The position numbers were made by a program, and so were the translations under genes. Positions 10,987 to 21,576 of a DNA stretch of 64,000 nt are shown piece by piece (within the stretch, counting starts at the first letter, position 1; every line of letters starts with the position of its first letter). The notes beneath the pieces were generated by a model. It did not search any database and was not told the DNA's origin. It worked only from the letters and a program-made list of their open reading frames with translations. The stretch is from assembly GCA_050950285.1 (NCBI GenBank), contig JBMNHG010000008.1, positions 248,001-312,000 of the forward strand, read 5' to 3'. This DNA comes from Kiritimatiellia bacterium. Its GTDB lineage: Bacteria; Verrucomicrobiota; Kiritimatiellia; RFP12; JBMNHG01.

Positions 10987-12150
10987 CTATTGGCTCTGCT
11001 TCCGGAAGAGGTGGAGCCCGGCGAGGAAGAAGACCACGTTGGGCGCCCAGGCGCTGACGGGAACGGGGATGGTGCCCCGTTTCCCGAAATAGGAGCATAC
11101 CTGCGTGGCGGCGTAGAAGCCGAAGAAGAGCCCTACGGCCACGAGCACGCCTTTGAAGACGCTTTGGCGCCCCGAGGCCACGCCCGCCGGCACGGCGAAG
11201 AGGGTGATCACCAGACAGGCCCAGGGCGAGGCGAGGCGGTTCCAGATGTCGCACCGGTAGTCCGCGACCACGGCAGGGGCCAGATTCGGGCGCATCTCGA
11301 GGTATCGCCGGAGGTCGCGCAGCGAGAAGGCGTTCTCCAGCTTGAGGGCGCCGGCATTCAACATGTTCGCCTCGAGGGCGAAATCGCGGGGCTGCTCGTT
11401 GAACTCCGGCCGGCTTTCCAGCGGGCGGACGGGCGGTTGCGGCCGGGTTGTGTCAATTTCGCCTTTTTCGTTGAAGAACGTGAGCTTGGCATCGTGGAAC
11501 CACCAGCATCCGTCGTAGTACGAGGCGTTGGTGCTCACCAGCGAGGCGGTTTTCACCCGCGTCGCGATGTTGGTGCCGAGGGATGCGGCGGGCGTGGCGC
11601 CGGGCTCCCCGAAGAAGTCGATGGTGACGTCGTGGATGGTCTCGGGATGGTTCACGTCGAAGCTGCCGATGCGCCAGACGCGTCCGGCGGCTTCGTTGTT
11701 GTAGGGCAGGTTCTCGTAGAGGTAGGGGGGTAGCGGGTGGAATTTGTTGTCGGCGAGGCGCCGGGTGAAGACGACGGCTTTGGGGGCGATGAACTCGTTG
11801 TTCAGCGCGGACAGCACGCCCAGCACGACCGAGGCGAGCAGCATGGGGGTGGCGATGGAGCGGAACGAGACGCCGCTGGCCTTCATAGCGATGATTTCGC
11901 TGTGGCGCGAGAGTTGCCACGTGGCGTAGAGGGCGCCGAGGAGGAGCGAGGCGGGGAGCATCCATTCGAGGACGGGCGAGAGGTAGCCCAGGAAATAGAG
12001 GACGAGGGTCTTGGCCGGGGGATGGGCGGCGGCGATTTTGGGCTGCTTGTCGAAGAAGTCGAAGAGCAGGTAGATCGAGGCGAAACCGACGAAGCAGTAG
12101 GCCACCGGAACCAGGAATTCCCGGAGGACGTGGCGGGAGAGGATTCTCAT
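10987..12150 (-). CDS. LptF/LptG (YjgP/YjgQ) family LPS export permease
   Basis: MRILSRHVLREF, LSRHSEIIAMKASGVS, AWAPNVVF; 3+3 TM pattern. Confidence 0.88.
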   Translation of the reverse strand: MRILSRHVLREFLVPVAYCFVGFASIYLLFDFFDKQPKIAAAHPPAKTLVLYFLGYLSPVLEWMLPASLLLGALYATWQLSRHSEIIAMKASGVSFRSIATPMLLASVVLGVLSALNNEFIAPKAVVFTRRLADNKFHPLPPYLYENLPYNNEAAGRVWRIGSFDVNHPETIHDVTIDFFGEPGATPAASLGTNIATRVKTASLVSTNASYYDGCWWFHDAKLTFFNEKGEIDTTRPQPPVRPLESRPEFNEQPRDFALEANMLNAGALKLENAFSLRDLRRYLEMRPNLAPAVVADYRCDIWNRLASPWACLVITLFAVPAGVASGRQSVFKGVLVAVGLFFGFYAATQVCSYFGKRGTIPVPVSAWAPNVVFFLAGLHLFRKQSQ

Positions 12151-13289
12151 GGGGAGGGCTCCAGCGTACGCCGCACGATGGCGGCGATCTCGGAGAGAAA
12201 GCGTTCGGGGCCGAAGGTCTCGGCGTGGGCCCGGATGGCGGCGGGTTCCCACGTGGACGCGGCGGCGCGCGAGACGGCGTCGAGCAGGCTGTCTTCGGAC
12301 GAATCGAGGAAGAAGAGGCCCGACACGCCGTCCGAGACGGTCTCCAGCGCGCCGCCGCGGCCGTAGGCGACCACGGGGCGGCCGCAGGCCATGGCTTCGA
12401 GGGGCACGATGCCGAAGTCCTCTTCGCCCGGGAAGACGAGCAGGCGGCAGGCGCGGTAGAGGTCGCGGATCTCGTCGTTGCTGCGCCAGCCGAGGAACTC
12501 GACGGTGGGTCCGGCCATCGCGCGCAGGCGGTCGAGGCCGGTTCCGGCGCCGACCACCTTGAGGGGCCACTTCGCGGCGGAGTAGGCGCGCACGGCGAGA
12601 TCGACCCGCTTGTAGGGCACGAGGGCGGAGACGACGAGGTCGAAACCGCCGGAACCGGTGGCGGCGGGGTCGGGATGAGGGGTGTAGAAGCGGGTGTCCA
12701 CGGGCGGATGCACCATGTCGCACTCGCGCCCGTAGAAGTTCTCGATGCGGCGGGCGACGGCGCGGGAGATGGCCACGAAGCGATCGACGCCGTCGCTGGT
12801 GCGGCGATCCCAGCGCCGCAGGCGGGCGAGCAGGGGGTACGCGAGGAGGCGTCGCAGGCCGCGTCCGAGATACTCTTCCTGGAAGAGCCAGGCGTAGCGC
12901 ATGGGGGTGAAGCAGTAGCAGAGGTGCCTGGCGCCGGGGGGCGCGCGGAAGCTCTTGGCGACGCAATGGCTGGTGGTGAGGAGGAGGTCGGCGGGCGGGA
13001 TGCGCAGGCGGCGCGCCGCGGAAGGCATCAGGGGAAGGAAGGAGCGGTAGTGGCGGGTGATGCCCGGGATGCGCTGGAGAAAGGAGCAGGCGAGCGGGTG
13101 GGAGCGGAGGTCGTCGTCGATGGCGTCCGGATTGGCGAGGAGCGTGGCGATGGGGGCGTCCGGGAAGGCTGCGGCGAAGTGCTGGAGCACCTTTTCGCCG
13201 CCGCGCATGCCGGTGAGCCAGTCGTGGCCGAGCACCACGCGGCGTCCGGCGGCGGCCTCGGAGAGGGGGTTGGCGGACGGGATGCTCAT
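12147..13289 (-). CDS. Glycosyltransferase family 4
   Basis: HDWLTGMRGGEKVL, YCFTPMRYAW, EEDFGIVPLEAMACGRPV; ATGA overlaps with neighbours. Confidence 0.9.
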   Translation of the reverse strand: MSIPSANPLSEAAAGRRVVLGHDWLTGMRGGEKVLQHFAAAFPDAPIATLLANPDAIDDDLRSHPLACSFLQRIPGITRHYRSFLPLMPSAARRLRIPPADLLLTTSHCVAKSFRAPPGARHLCYCFTPMRYAWLFQEEYLGRGLRRLLAYPLLARLRRWDRRTSDGVDRFVAISRAVARRIENFYGRECDMVHPPVDTRFYTPHPDPAATGSGGFDLVVSALVPYKRVDLAVRAYSAAKWPLKVVGAGTGLDRLRAMAGPTVEFLGWRSNDEIRDLYRACRLLVFPGEEDFGIVPLEAMACGRPVVAYGRGGALETVSDGVSGLFFLDSSEDSLLDAVSRAAASTWEPAAIRAHAETFGPERFLSEIAAIVRRTLEPSP

Positions 13290-14491
13290 GGGCGGCCTCC
13301 CTGGCGCGCCATCGCGATGCGGCGGAAGGTCGAGTCCTTGCGACCGACCACGCGGTAGGCGGCGAGCGTTTCGGCGGCGGTGCGGTCCCAGGTGAACTGC
13401 GCGGCGCGAGCGAGACCGCGGGCGGCGAGGTCGCGGCGGAGCGCAGGGTCGGAGAGCACGGAGAGGATGCTCTTCGCGAGGGCGGACGTGTCGCCCGCCG
13501 GCACGATGCGGGCGGCGTCCCCGGCGATTTCGGGCTGTGCGCCGCCGTCGGTGCAGACCACGGGTGCGCCGTGCGCCATGGCTTCGAGGATCGGGAGGGC
13601 GGAGCCTTCGTAGCGGGAGGGATTCACCACCACTGCGGCTTCGCGGTAGAGCGCCGACAGGTTGGAAGGGGACAAGAGACCCGGGAAGAGCACATGGTCC
13701 TCGATTCCCAGCGATTCGGCCATGCGGCGGGCCGCGGGGTGGTTTGGATCTTCGGGACCGACAATCACGAGACGGGCGTTGGCGGCACCGCGATGGAGCA
13801 CCTCTTTGAAGGCGCGGACCAGGTCGGGAACCTGCTTGTGGGGACCGCAACGCCCCACGTAGAGCACGAGCGGGGCGGAAGGGCCGGGAGGTGGGGAAGA
13901 CGCACCGACTCCCAGTGCATCGGCGCCGTGGAAGATCACGTGGAATTTTTCCAGCGCGACGCCGCGAAGGCGGAGGGAGGAGGCCAGATCGCGCCGGAGG
14001 GTTTCGCTCGGGACGAGCACGACGCAGGACCGATCGATGGTCCCGCGCAGGGTGGCGCGGCGGAAGGCCCGGCGGCGCGCCGCCCGTGCGCCGGTACCGT
14101 CGGCATTGCGGACAAGGAGAGGGTCGGCGTCGTGGATGGTCGCAATGGCGCGGCCGGCGGAGCATCGGCGCAATCCGTTGAAGGCCAGGTAGGGCAGGGT
14201 GGCGCCGGGGCTGTGGAAGACGTCGCAATGGTGCACCCGCAGCCAGATGGGCAGGAAGAACTGGCCGAGGAACGAAGCGGGCGAATAGGGGAAGACTACG
14301 CCTCGGACATTCGGGAGAGAAGCGATGCCCAGATCGGAGAGCGTCCGGTCGCGCAGGTCGGCGTCGCGAAACAGCAGGGAAAAGCGTTCGCTTGGGGCGA
14401 GCAAGGGGATGCGCCGCGCGAGTTCGCGGGCGTACACCTCGACGTCGGACGGAGGATCGCCGACCCACCGCATATCGAGGACGATGGTCAT
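13286..14491 (-). CDS. Glycosyltransferase family 4
   Basis: MTIVLDMR, ATIHD, PSRYEGSALPILEAMAHGAPV, QFTWDRTA. Confidence 0.87.
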   Translation of the reverse strand: MTIVLDMRWVGDPPSDVEVYARELARRIPLLAPSERFSLLFRDADLRDRTLSDLGIASLPNVRGVVFPYSPASFLGQFFLPIWLRVHHCDVFHSPGATLPYLAFNGLRRCSAGRAIATIHDADPLLVRNADGTGARAARRRAFRRATLRGTIDRSCVVLVPSETLRRDLASSLRLRGVALEKFHVIFHGADALGVGASSPPPGPSAPLVLYVGRCGPHKQVPDLVRAFKEVLHRGAANARLVIVGPEDPNHPAARRMAESLGIEDHVLFPGLLSPSNLSALYREAAVVVNPSRYEGSALPILEAMAHGAPVVCTDGGAQPEIAGDAARIVPAGDTSALAKSILSVLSDPALRRDLAARGLARAAQFTWDRTAAETLAAYRVVGRKDSTFRRIAMARQGGRP

Positions 14492-14759
14492 GGATGGGAG
14501 GATGATAGCGGGAAACGCCCCGTGCCGCAAGCCGACCGAACGGCGGCGTGCGCCCCAGTCTTTCCCCGGTGAACCCCAAGCACAAAACGCGCCGGGAAAC
14601 GCGCTCGGGATGGACGGCTGTTCCGGCACGCTCGGCCAGTGCCGCCATTCTCCAGCGCATCGCACAGGCGACCGTAACCAAAGGACTACGGCCGAAGAAG
14701 AACGGATCCAATGACAACAGGCAAGTGACAGCTGCAGCCGGTTGTGGTTCAATACATGC

Positions 14760-14903
14760 ATGAAACCGACGCTTCTGGTGCTGGCTGCCGGCATGGGCAG
14801 CCGCCATGGTGGGCTCAGGCGGATCGACCCGGTCGGCCCCGGCGGCGAGATCGAGCGCCCGATCGCCTCCGGCATCTACCCCGCGCATCTCCGGAACAAC
14901 TGA
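14760..14903 (+). pseudogene. Internally deleted sugar-phosphate nucleotidyltransferase remnant (47 aa)
   Basis: MKPTLLVLAAGMGSRHGGLRRIDPVGPGGE (nucleotidyltransferase N-terminal signature) joined to IASGIYPAHL*. Confidence 0.7.
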
Positions 14904-14931
14904 GTTGGCAGATGCCGCTGCGGACGCCCCT

Positions 14932-17646
14932 ATGGAACTGACCCTGCTGCCGGAAGGCCACTTCCGCCTCATCGAGGGGGATGGTGCCGACCTCCTGCTG
15001 ACCGACGCCGCCGCGGCCCGCATCCGCAAGGCCTTTGCCGCCTCGACGGCCGAGGGCTTCCTCTGCCTGGCGGCGTATGACGGCACGCTAATCTCCTCGC
15101 TGGCCTTCGGCCGTGCCTTCGCCCGCTACTACCTGACGGCGCTCTGCCAGTCGCCGCGCGACGGGGAGAACGCTTTTCCGGCTGTCGCGCCACCCGACGA
15201 GGCCGCCTGGGACGACTGGATCGAGCGCGCGCCACCCCTCAGGGGACTCGAGTTCCTTGACGCCGCGCGCGCCAACGCCCTGTGGGCGGAGCTTGATGCG
15301 GCGACCCGCGAGGCGGCGGAGCGCACCCTCGGGGGACTCGACGGCTTTCTCCAGTCCATCGACCCGGTCTGGCGCACCGTGGGCCGCGTCACGTTCCATC
15401 TGGCCGAGAACAAGAAGCATCCTGAGCGCCCCTTCGCCTTCATGGCCACCTATGCCAGCAGGCTCTCCGATATCGGGCGTGTCCAGCATCTGCCCCTTGG
15501 ACGCGCGCTGACCGAATATGCCGGCGCCCGCAACCGCAAGGCCCTGCTGCACCTGCTGGCGCCGATCCAGCAGGCGGTCGGCACCAGCGAGCTGGTGCGC
15601 GAGCTCTTCGAGTCGGGCCGGCTCTACCAGCCGGCCGCCTGGACCACGCAGCAGGCGTACCGTCTGCTCCGCGACCTGCCGGCCATCGAGGCGGCCGGCG
15701 TGATCGCGCGCGTGCCCGACTGGTGGAACGCCCGCCGGCCGCCGCGGCCGCGGGTCACGGTAAAGGTGGGCGACGGCAAGCCGGCGCAGCTCGGCGCCGC
15801 CGCGCTCCTCGACTTCAACCTGAGCGTGACGCTCGGCGACGCCGAGCTTTCGCCGGAGGAGATACAGGCGCTGCTGAATTCGGGATGCGGCCTCGTCTCG
15901 CTGCGGGGCCAGTGGGTCGAGGTGGATGCCGGACAGCTCAAGGACGTGCTTGACCACTGGAAGGCGGTCGAGCGCCGCGCCGCCCGCGAGGGCATCCCCT
16001 TCGCCGAGGCCATGCGGCTGCTGGCGGGACTCTCCGCCGAGAGACCCGGGGGCGATGCCGATGATGCGGCCGGTACCGAGCGCATCCAGGCCTGGACGGG
16101 CATCCGCGCCGGCCGCTGGCTGGATGAGACGCTGGCCCGCCTGCGCCAGCCCGAGATGGCCGGCGGCACGCTGCCCTGCGCCGACGAACTGCAAGCCACA
16201 CCGCGCCCCTACCAGGAGACCGGCATCCGCTGGCTGCACTTCATGGCCAGCCTCGGCCTGGGCGCCTGCCTGGCCGACGACATGGGCCTCGGCAAGACCC
16301 TGCAGACGCTGGGCCTGCTGCTGTGGCTGCGGCGCGAGGGCACCGCGCACGCGCCCTCCCTGCTGGTCGCGCCCGCCTCGCTGCTGGCCAACTGGAAGGA
16401 CGAGGCCCGGCGCTTCGCCCCCTCGCTCCGGCTGCTGGTGGTTCATCCCTCCGGGGATGACCAGGAGCGGCTGCAGGCCTGCGCCGACGATCCCGAAGCC
16501 GGGCTCGCGGGGGTTGATCTGGCCGTCACCTCCTACGGCATGGTTGCCCGCACCCCCTGGCTGGCGCAGGTGCCGTGGCGCCTCGTCGTGCTCGACGAGG
16601 CCCAGGCCATCAAGAATGCCGCCACGCGCCAGGCGCGCGCCGTCAAGGCCCTGCAGTCGCGGACGCGCCTCGCCCTGACCGGCACACCGGTGGAGAACCG
16701 CGCCGGCGACCTCTGGTCGCTCTTCGACTTCATCAACCCCGGTCTGCTCGGCGACGCGCGCCGCTTCGGCGCCTACATCCGCAACCGCGGCGACCAGCCC
16801 GGCGCCTACGCGCCCCTGCGCCGCCTGACGCGCCCCTACATCCTGCGCCGCCTCAAGACCGACCGCCGCGTGATCGACGACCTTCCCGAGAAGACCGTCA
16901 TGCCGGCCTACTGCGGCCTCACCCCGGCGCAGGCGGCCCTCTATGCCGACCATGTGCGGCAGCTCCGCGAGGCGCTCCAGAACGACGACGCATCCGAACC
17001 CATGAAGCGCCGCGGCGTGATCCTGGCCGCGCTCATGCGCTTCAAGCAGATTTGCAACCATCCCTCGCAGGTCACGGGCGACGGCGACTTTGCCGAGGAG
17101 CGCAGCGGCAAGTTCGCCCGCCTGCGCGAGCTCGTCGAGGAGATCGCCGAGCGCCAGGACAAGCTGCTGGTCTTCACCCAGTACCGCGAGATGACCGAGC
17201 CGCTGGCCGCCTTCCTGGCGACGATCTTCCGGCAGCCGGGGCTGGTGCTGCACGGCGGCACGCCGGTGGCGCGGCGCCGCGAGCTGGTCGCCGCCTTCCA
17301 GCGCGACGACGGCCCGCCCTTCTTCGTCCTCTCGCTCAAGGCCGGCGGCACGGGGCTGAACCTCACCCAGGCCTCGCACGTGATCCATTTCGACCGCTGG
17401 TGGAACCCCGCCGTCGAGAACCAGGCCACCGACCGCGCCTTCCGCATCGGACAGCGCAAGCATGTGATCGTGCATCCCTTCATCTGCCGCGGCACGGTGG
17501 AGGAGCGGATAGACGCCATGCTGGCCGAGAAGCGCGGCCTGGCCGACGAGCTGCTGGAGGGCGGCGGCGAGAAGCTGCTGACCGAGATGGGCAACGACGA
17601 GCTACTCCGCTTCGTCGCGCTCGACTTGGCCGCTGCCGGAGAGTAA
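14932..17646 (+). CDS. SNF2-family helicase/ATPase
   Basis: LADDMGLGKT, DEAQAIKN, TGTPVEN, SLKAGGTGLNLT, WWNPAVENQATDRAFRIGQ. Confidence 0.93.
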   Translation: MELTLLPEGHFRLIEGDGADLLLTDAAAARIRKAFAASTAEGFLCLAAYDGTLISSLAFGRAFARYYLTALCQSPRDGENAFPAVAPPDEAAWDDWIERAPPLRGLEFLDAARANALWAELDAATREAAERTLGGLDGFLQSIDPVWRTVGRVTFHLAENKKHPERPFAFMATYASRLSDIGRVQHLPLGRALTEYAGARNRKALLHLLAPIQQAVGTSELVRELFESGRLYQPAAWTTQQAYRLLRDLPAIEAAGVIARVPDWWNARRPPRPRVTVKVGDGKPAQLGAAALLDFNLSVTLGDAELSPEEIQALLNSGCGLVSLRGQWVEVDAGQLKDVLDHWKAVERRAAREGIPFAEAMRLLAGLSAERPGGDADDAAGTERIQAWTGIRAGRWLDETLARLRQPEMAGGTLPCADELQATPRPYQETGIRWLHFMASLGLGACLADDMGLGKTLQTLGLLLWLRREGTAHAPSLLVAPASLLANWKDEARRFAPSLRLLVVHPSGDDQERLQACADDPEAGLAGVDLAVTSYGMVARTPWLAQVPWRLVVLDEAQAIKNAATRQARAVKALQSRTRLALTGTPVENRAGDLWSLFDFINPGLLGDARRFGAYIRNRGDQPGAYAPLRRLTRPYILRRLKTDRRVIDDLPEKTVMPAYCGLTPAQAALYADHVRQLREALQNDDASEPMKRRGVILAALMRFKQICNHPSQVTGDGDFAEERSGKFARLRELVEEIAERQDKLLVFTQYREMTEPLAAFLATIFRQPGLVLHGGTPVARRRELVAAFQRDDGPPFFVLSLKAGGTGLNLTQASHVIHFDRWWNPAVENQATDRAFRIGQRKHVIVHPFICRGTVEERIDAMLAEKRGLADELLEGGGEKLLTEMGNDELLRFVALDLAAAGE

Positions 17647-17697
17647 GATGCGCGTACCTGTTTCCATATCGGCCGTCCGTCGTCCCAGGAGCATTAC

Positions 17698-19026
17698 ATG
17701 AGCCGCTACAGTTACCGCTACGACCGCTACAGCATATTTCCCCAGAGCAAGAGCAAGGGCGAGCGCATGGCCGACGCCGCCCGCAAGCGGCAGGCGCTGG
17801 AGAAGAAGGGGCAGAAGCTCGCGCCCGTTGTCCTGCAGGGCTTCGCCATCGCCACGACCTTCTGGGGCAAGGCCTGGTGCAAGAATATCGAATCCTATCA
17901 CGACTACTCCAACCGGCTGCCGCGCGGCCGCTCCTATGTCCGCAGCAACAGCGTCATCGACTTGCAGATCGAACGCGGCGTGATCCGGGCGCAGGTGATG
18001 GGCAGCTCGCTCTATCGCGTGGAGATCAAAATCCGTCCGGTCGCGGCGGAGCGCTGGCAGGCCATCTGCAAGGAGTGTACCGGCAAGATCGGCTCGATGA
18101 TCGAGCTGCTGCAGGGGCGCCTCTCCAACGAGGTCATGTCGGTGATGACCAGCCAGGAGACAGGGCTCTTCCCGCAGCCGGCGGAGATCCGCTTCACCTG
18201 CTCATGCCCCGATTCCGCCGGCATGTGCAAGCATATCGCCGCCGTGATGTACGGCATCGGCAACCGTCTCGACACGCAGCCCGAGCTGCTCTTTCTCCTG
18301 CGCGGCGTCGACTCGGCCGACCTGCTTGCCAACATCGCCGCGGCACCTGATACCGCAACGCTTCCCGATACCGAGGCACTGGTCGCGGAGGAGCTTTCCG
18401 ATGTCTTCGGCGTCGAGATCGACACTTCGGTACCCGCCGTACCGCCCGCTGCCGCCCCGGAGCCCGCGGCCGTACCCAAGCGTCCGCGTGGGCGTCCGCG
18501 GAAGAGCACGGCCGCCGCTGTGCCGGAAACCAAGGCAGCCCCCAAACGCCCTCGTGGGCGTCCACGTAAAGTTGCGTCAACCGCCGCGCCGGAGCCTGCG
18601 GCCGCCGCTGCGCCGAAGTCCGAAGCAGTTCCCAAACGCCCTCGCGGTCGTCCGCGGAAGGAGGCATCCGCCACCGCCGCGCCGGAGCCCGCGGCCGCGC
18701 CGGAAACCTCCGCCGCCCCCAAGCGCCCGCGTGGTCGTCCGCGGAAAGACGCGTCAACCGCCGCCGCGCCGGAGCCCGCCGCTCCCAAGCGTTCACGGAA
18801 GAGCACGACCGCCGCTGCACAAGAAAGCGAGACAGCCCCCAAACGCCCTCGCGGTCGCCCGCGTAAAGTTGCGTCAACCGCCGCCGCGCCGGAGCCCGAG
18901 ACTGCCCCCAAGCGCCCGCGTGGTCGTCCGCGGAAAGACGCGTCAACCGCCGCCGCGCCGGAGCCCGCCGCCGCGCCCAAGCGCCCTCGCGGTCGTCCGC
19001 GCAAAGACGCGCCCGCCGCGACGTGA
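17698..19026 (+). CDS. SWIM zinc-finger protein with C-terminal AT-hook repeats
   Basis: NRLPRGRSY, CSCPD..CKH (SWIM); seven PKRPRGRPRK repeats. Confidence 0.88.
   Translation: MSRYSYRYDRYSIFPQSKSKGERMADAARKRQALEKKGQKLAPVVLQGFAIATTFWGKAWCKNIESYHDYSNRLPRGRSYVRSNSVIDLQIERGVIRAQVMGSSLYRVEIKIRPVAAERWQAICKECTGKIGSMIELLQGRLSNEVMSVMTSQETGLFPQPAEIRFTCSCPDSAGMCKHIAAVMYGIGNRLDTQPELLFLLRGVDSADLLANIAAAPDTATLPDTEALVAEELSDVFGVEIDTSVPAVPPAAAPEPAAVPKRPRGRPRKSTAAAVPETKAAPKRPRGRPRKVASTAAPEPAAAAAPKSEAVPKRPRGRPRKEASATAAPEPAAAPETSAAPKRPRGRPRKDASTAAAPEPAAPKRSRKSTTAAAQESETAPKRPRGRPRKVASTAAAPEPETAPKRPRGRPRKDASTAAAPEPAAAPKRPRGRPRKDAPAAT
18465..19020 (+). repeat. Coding imperfect tandem repeats (AT-hook + Ala/Pro/Glu linker)
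   Basis: Recurrent CCCAAGCGCCCGCGTGGTCGTCCGCGGAAA-like units. Confidence 0.9.
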
Positions 19027-19052
19027 CGGTAGCCGAATACTGCATGTTTCAA

Positions 19053-19108
19053 AGCCCCGAAGGGGCGGTCTCACCATAGCCCGGGGCAAGCGGAGCGCAG
19101 CCCCGGGA
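19053..19108. repeat. REP-like palindromic element
   Basis: GCCCCGAAGGGGC and CCCGGGGC AAGCGGAGCGCA GCCCCGGG hairpins. Confidence 0.55.
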
Positions 19109-19175
19109 TCCGGAGCGAGGACATCGTGGCCTGAAGGGCCACTTCAAGGAGGTTTGAGATTTTAGCGAATCGAAT

Positions 19176-19196
19176 GATAAGGTGTAATCAGTCAAG
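19176..19196 (+). repeat. 21-bp direct repeat copy 1 (candidate recombination site)
   Basis: GATAAGGTGTAATCAGTCAAG; 20/21 match to 23917-23937. Confidence 0.6.
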
Positions 19197-19596
19197 TAAG
19201 TATCGTGCCCTTGCCCGGTTTGCCCGGCATACGTGGCGTGGTCGCCGCGTGGCCGCCGCCCCATCCCGCACGCGTCGTGGTCGCCGCGTCTATCACCTCA
19301 TCCTTTTACACTCTCCGATCATACGACCGAGTCGCATGATCAAAAAGCGAGACAGAGGCAGGCATAGGCGGCTGTGCAGCGCAGTGCCTTGTGTGCGGCT
19401 CGCCGGTCATGCCGCGTAGCGGCAGACAGGGACGGCTCGCCCTACCCTGCACTTCACCGTACCGTGAGCTTGTGCCGGCGCGGCGGGCGGGGTGGTTCGG
19501 TACAGGGCAATGTATGATTCGGCTTGCATTTGGCTCGCAGTTCTGTAGGCTTTGTTTTCAACTTTATTGGAAGTCCTGCCAACTTGAAAGGATTCC

Positions 19597-20919
19597 ATGG
19601 AAATCGAACGAAAAATCCATCTTGATCGACTCGTCGCAGCGAAACACGACGGATTCATCAAAATATTGACGGGGATTCGTCGTTGCGGAAAGAGCTTTCT
19701 TCTTTTTCGTCTCTTCAAGCGGCATCTCCTTGCATCGGGTGTTCCCGCAGAGCGCATTGTCGAAGTGGATTTGGAGCAACGGGAATCCGCACATCTTCGC
19801 AATCCGATTGCGCTGGCCGCCTTCATCCGTTCCCAAATCCGCGATGCGCAGTCGTGGACCTATGTGCTGATCGACGAAATTCAACTTTGCCACAAGGTCC
19901 TTCCGGAAGGCATAGACCTGGCCAGAATCCACCCAGACGACAGGGAGGGGGCCTATGTCACGTTTTATGACACGCTTTCAGAACTGAAGGCCCTGCCAAA
20001 TGTCGACGTCTACGTGACAGGTTCCAACTCGAAACTGCTTTCCTCCGATGTTGCCACTCAATTCCGGGGACGCGGCCACGTCATCCGCGTCCAGCCGCTG
20101 TCCTTCGCCGAACGGCTCTCCGTTGCCGGGGGTTCCGCCGATCGGCAGCGGGTTTTTGCGGACTATCTCATTTACGGAGGGCTTCCGGAATGCGTCCTCA
20201 TGCAAAATGACGCGGAACGCAGGAACTATCTTTCCGGGCTCCACGAAACCATCTACCTGCGCGACATTGAAGAACGGAACAAAGTCCGCAACCCTGCCGT
20301 CCTTGAAGCCTTGCTGGACATGGTGATGAGCAATATCGGGGGGCTCACGAATCCGACGAAACTCGCCAATTCGATGAAAAGCGAGATGCGGGCGGACGTC
20401 AACCATGTCACGGTTCGTTCCTACCTCGGGCATCTTGAGAGCGCTTTCCTCGTCGAAAGAGCCCTTCAATGGGATGTCAAGGGGCGTCGATACATGGAAT
20501 ATCCGTTCAAGCTCTATGCATCCGACCTGGGGCTTCGCAATGCAAGAACCGGGTTCCGCCAGACCGAGCGCGCCCACCTCATAGAAAACGCCATCTTCAA
20601 CGAATTGAGGCTCCGGGGCTTCGGGGTCGATGTCGGCTCCGTTGTGCTCGATACGGGCAAGGGCGGCAACAGGGGTGCTTCACGGCACGAAATCGACTTC
20701 ATTGTCCGCCGGGGTTCCGAAACAATCTACATCCAGTTTTCGACGGCGCTCTACGACGAGGACAAGCACAGGCGTGAAATCGCCCCGTTACTCCGCGTCG
20801 GCGACTCGTTCAGGAAAATCATGGTCGTGAACGATCCGCTGCAACTTCCGTCTTTCGACGACAACGGCATTGCCTACATAGGACTGCTTGACTTCCTGCT
20901 CGACCCGGGTTTTCTGTAG
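19597..20919 (+). CDS. AAA_14 ATPase with DUF4143 domain
   Basis: GIRRCGKS, IDEIQ, TGSNS, YGGLPE, KLYASDLG, HEIDFI. Confidence 0.88.
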   Translation: MEIERKIHLDRLVAAKHDGFIKILTGIRRCGKSFLLFRLFKRHLLASGVPAERIVEVDLEQRESAHLRNPIALAAFIRSQIRDAQSWTYVLIDEIQLCHKVLPEGIDLARIHPDDREGAYVTFYDTLSELKALPNVDVYVTGSNSKLLSSDVATQFRGRGHVIRVQPLSFAERLSVAGGSADRQRVFADYLIYGGLPECVLMQNDAERRNYLSGLHETIYLRDIEERNKVRNPAVLEALLDMVMSNIGGLTNPTKLANSMKSEMRADVNHVTVRSYLGHLESAFLVERALQWDVKGRRYMEYPFKLYASDLGLRNARTGFRQTERAHLIENAIFNELRLRGFGVDVGSVVLDTGKGGNRGASRHEIDFIVRRGSETIYIQFSTALYDEDKHRREIAPLLRVGDSFRKIMVVNDPLQLPSFDDNGIAYIGLLDFLLDPGFL

Positions 20920-21059
20920 CGGCGGATGAAACGAGCGAACCACTGCCTTGCCACGAACTTACAACAGGTGATGTCGCGTTTCAAGTTGCCTTCCCGCCAA
21001 TCGTTGTGCTACTCTGCAACATCGGGAAAAACGAGGTTCACATCTGCGGGAAATGGCTC

Positions 21060-21428
21060 ATGAGGAAACTTGCATTCTTGATTATGACGATGGCAGCCGC
21101 CGTCTCGATTCTCGCGCCCTCGAACGCCGCCGCCGACACCGAAGGCCCCTACACCTACACCATCGCCGACGGCAAGGCCACCATCACCCGTTTCAACACC
21201 TCGTATGCGGGCGCATTGGCGATCACAAACGAACTCGGCGACCGCTCCGTCACCGCCATCGGCTCCTACGCGTTCGAAAACTGCACCTGCCTGTCGGCAG
21301 GCAGATCCCCGGCGGCACCGTTCTCCACCCTGCGGAGAGCGCGGGCTCCTATGGCACTTGCTCCCTTTGCGGGAACTGCTCAAGCACTCGACGACACTCG
21401 ACGACTGCCCCCTTACGCGAAAGATTGA
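21060..21428 (+). pseudogene. Truncated BspA-type LRR surface protein
   Basis: Signal peptide, YTYTIADGKATIT, VTAIGSYAFENCT then loss of repeat pattern and early stop. Confidence 0.65.
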
Positions 21429-21576
21429 ACGGGTTACACGACTGTGCTAACGTTGTGCCGAACGAAGCATGGCGAAAGAGGCAGAGACGGATAACTGCCT
21501 GGGGCTTTCGTTGGAGCAACGTGAGCCGAGAAACTGGCAAAGAAGAAATGATCCTTGAGCACAGGAGACCAGAAGC

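Noticed and set aside
18465..19020. Regular repeats resembling a CRISPR array
   Set aside because: In-frame coding AT-hook repeats with synonymous variation and related spacers; no cas genes
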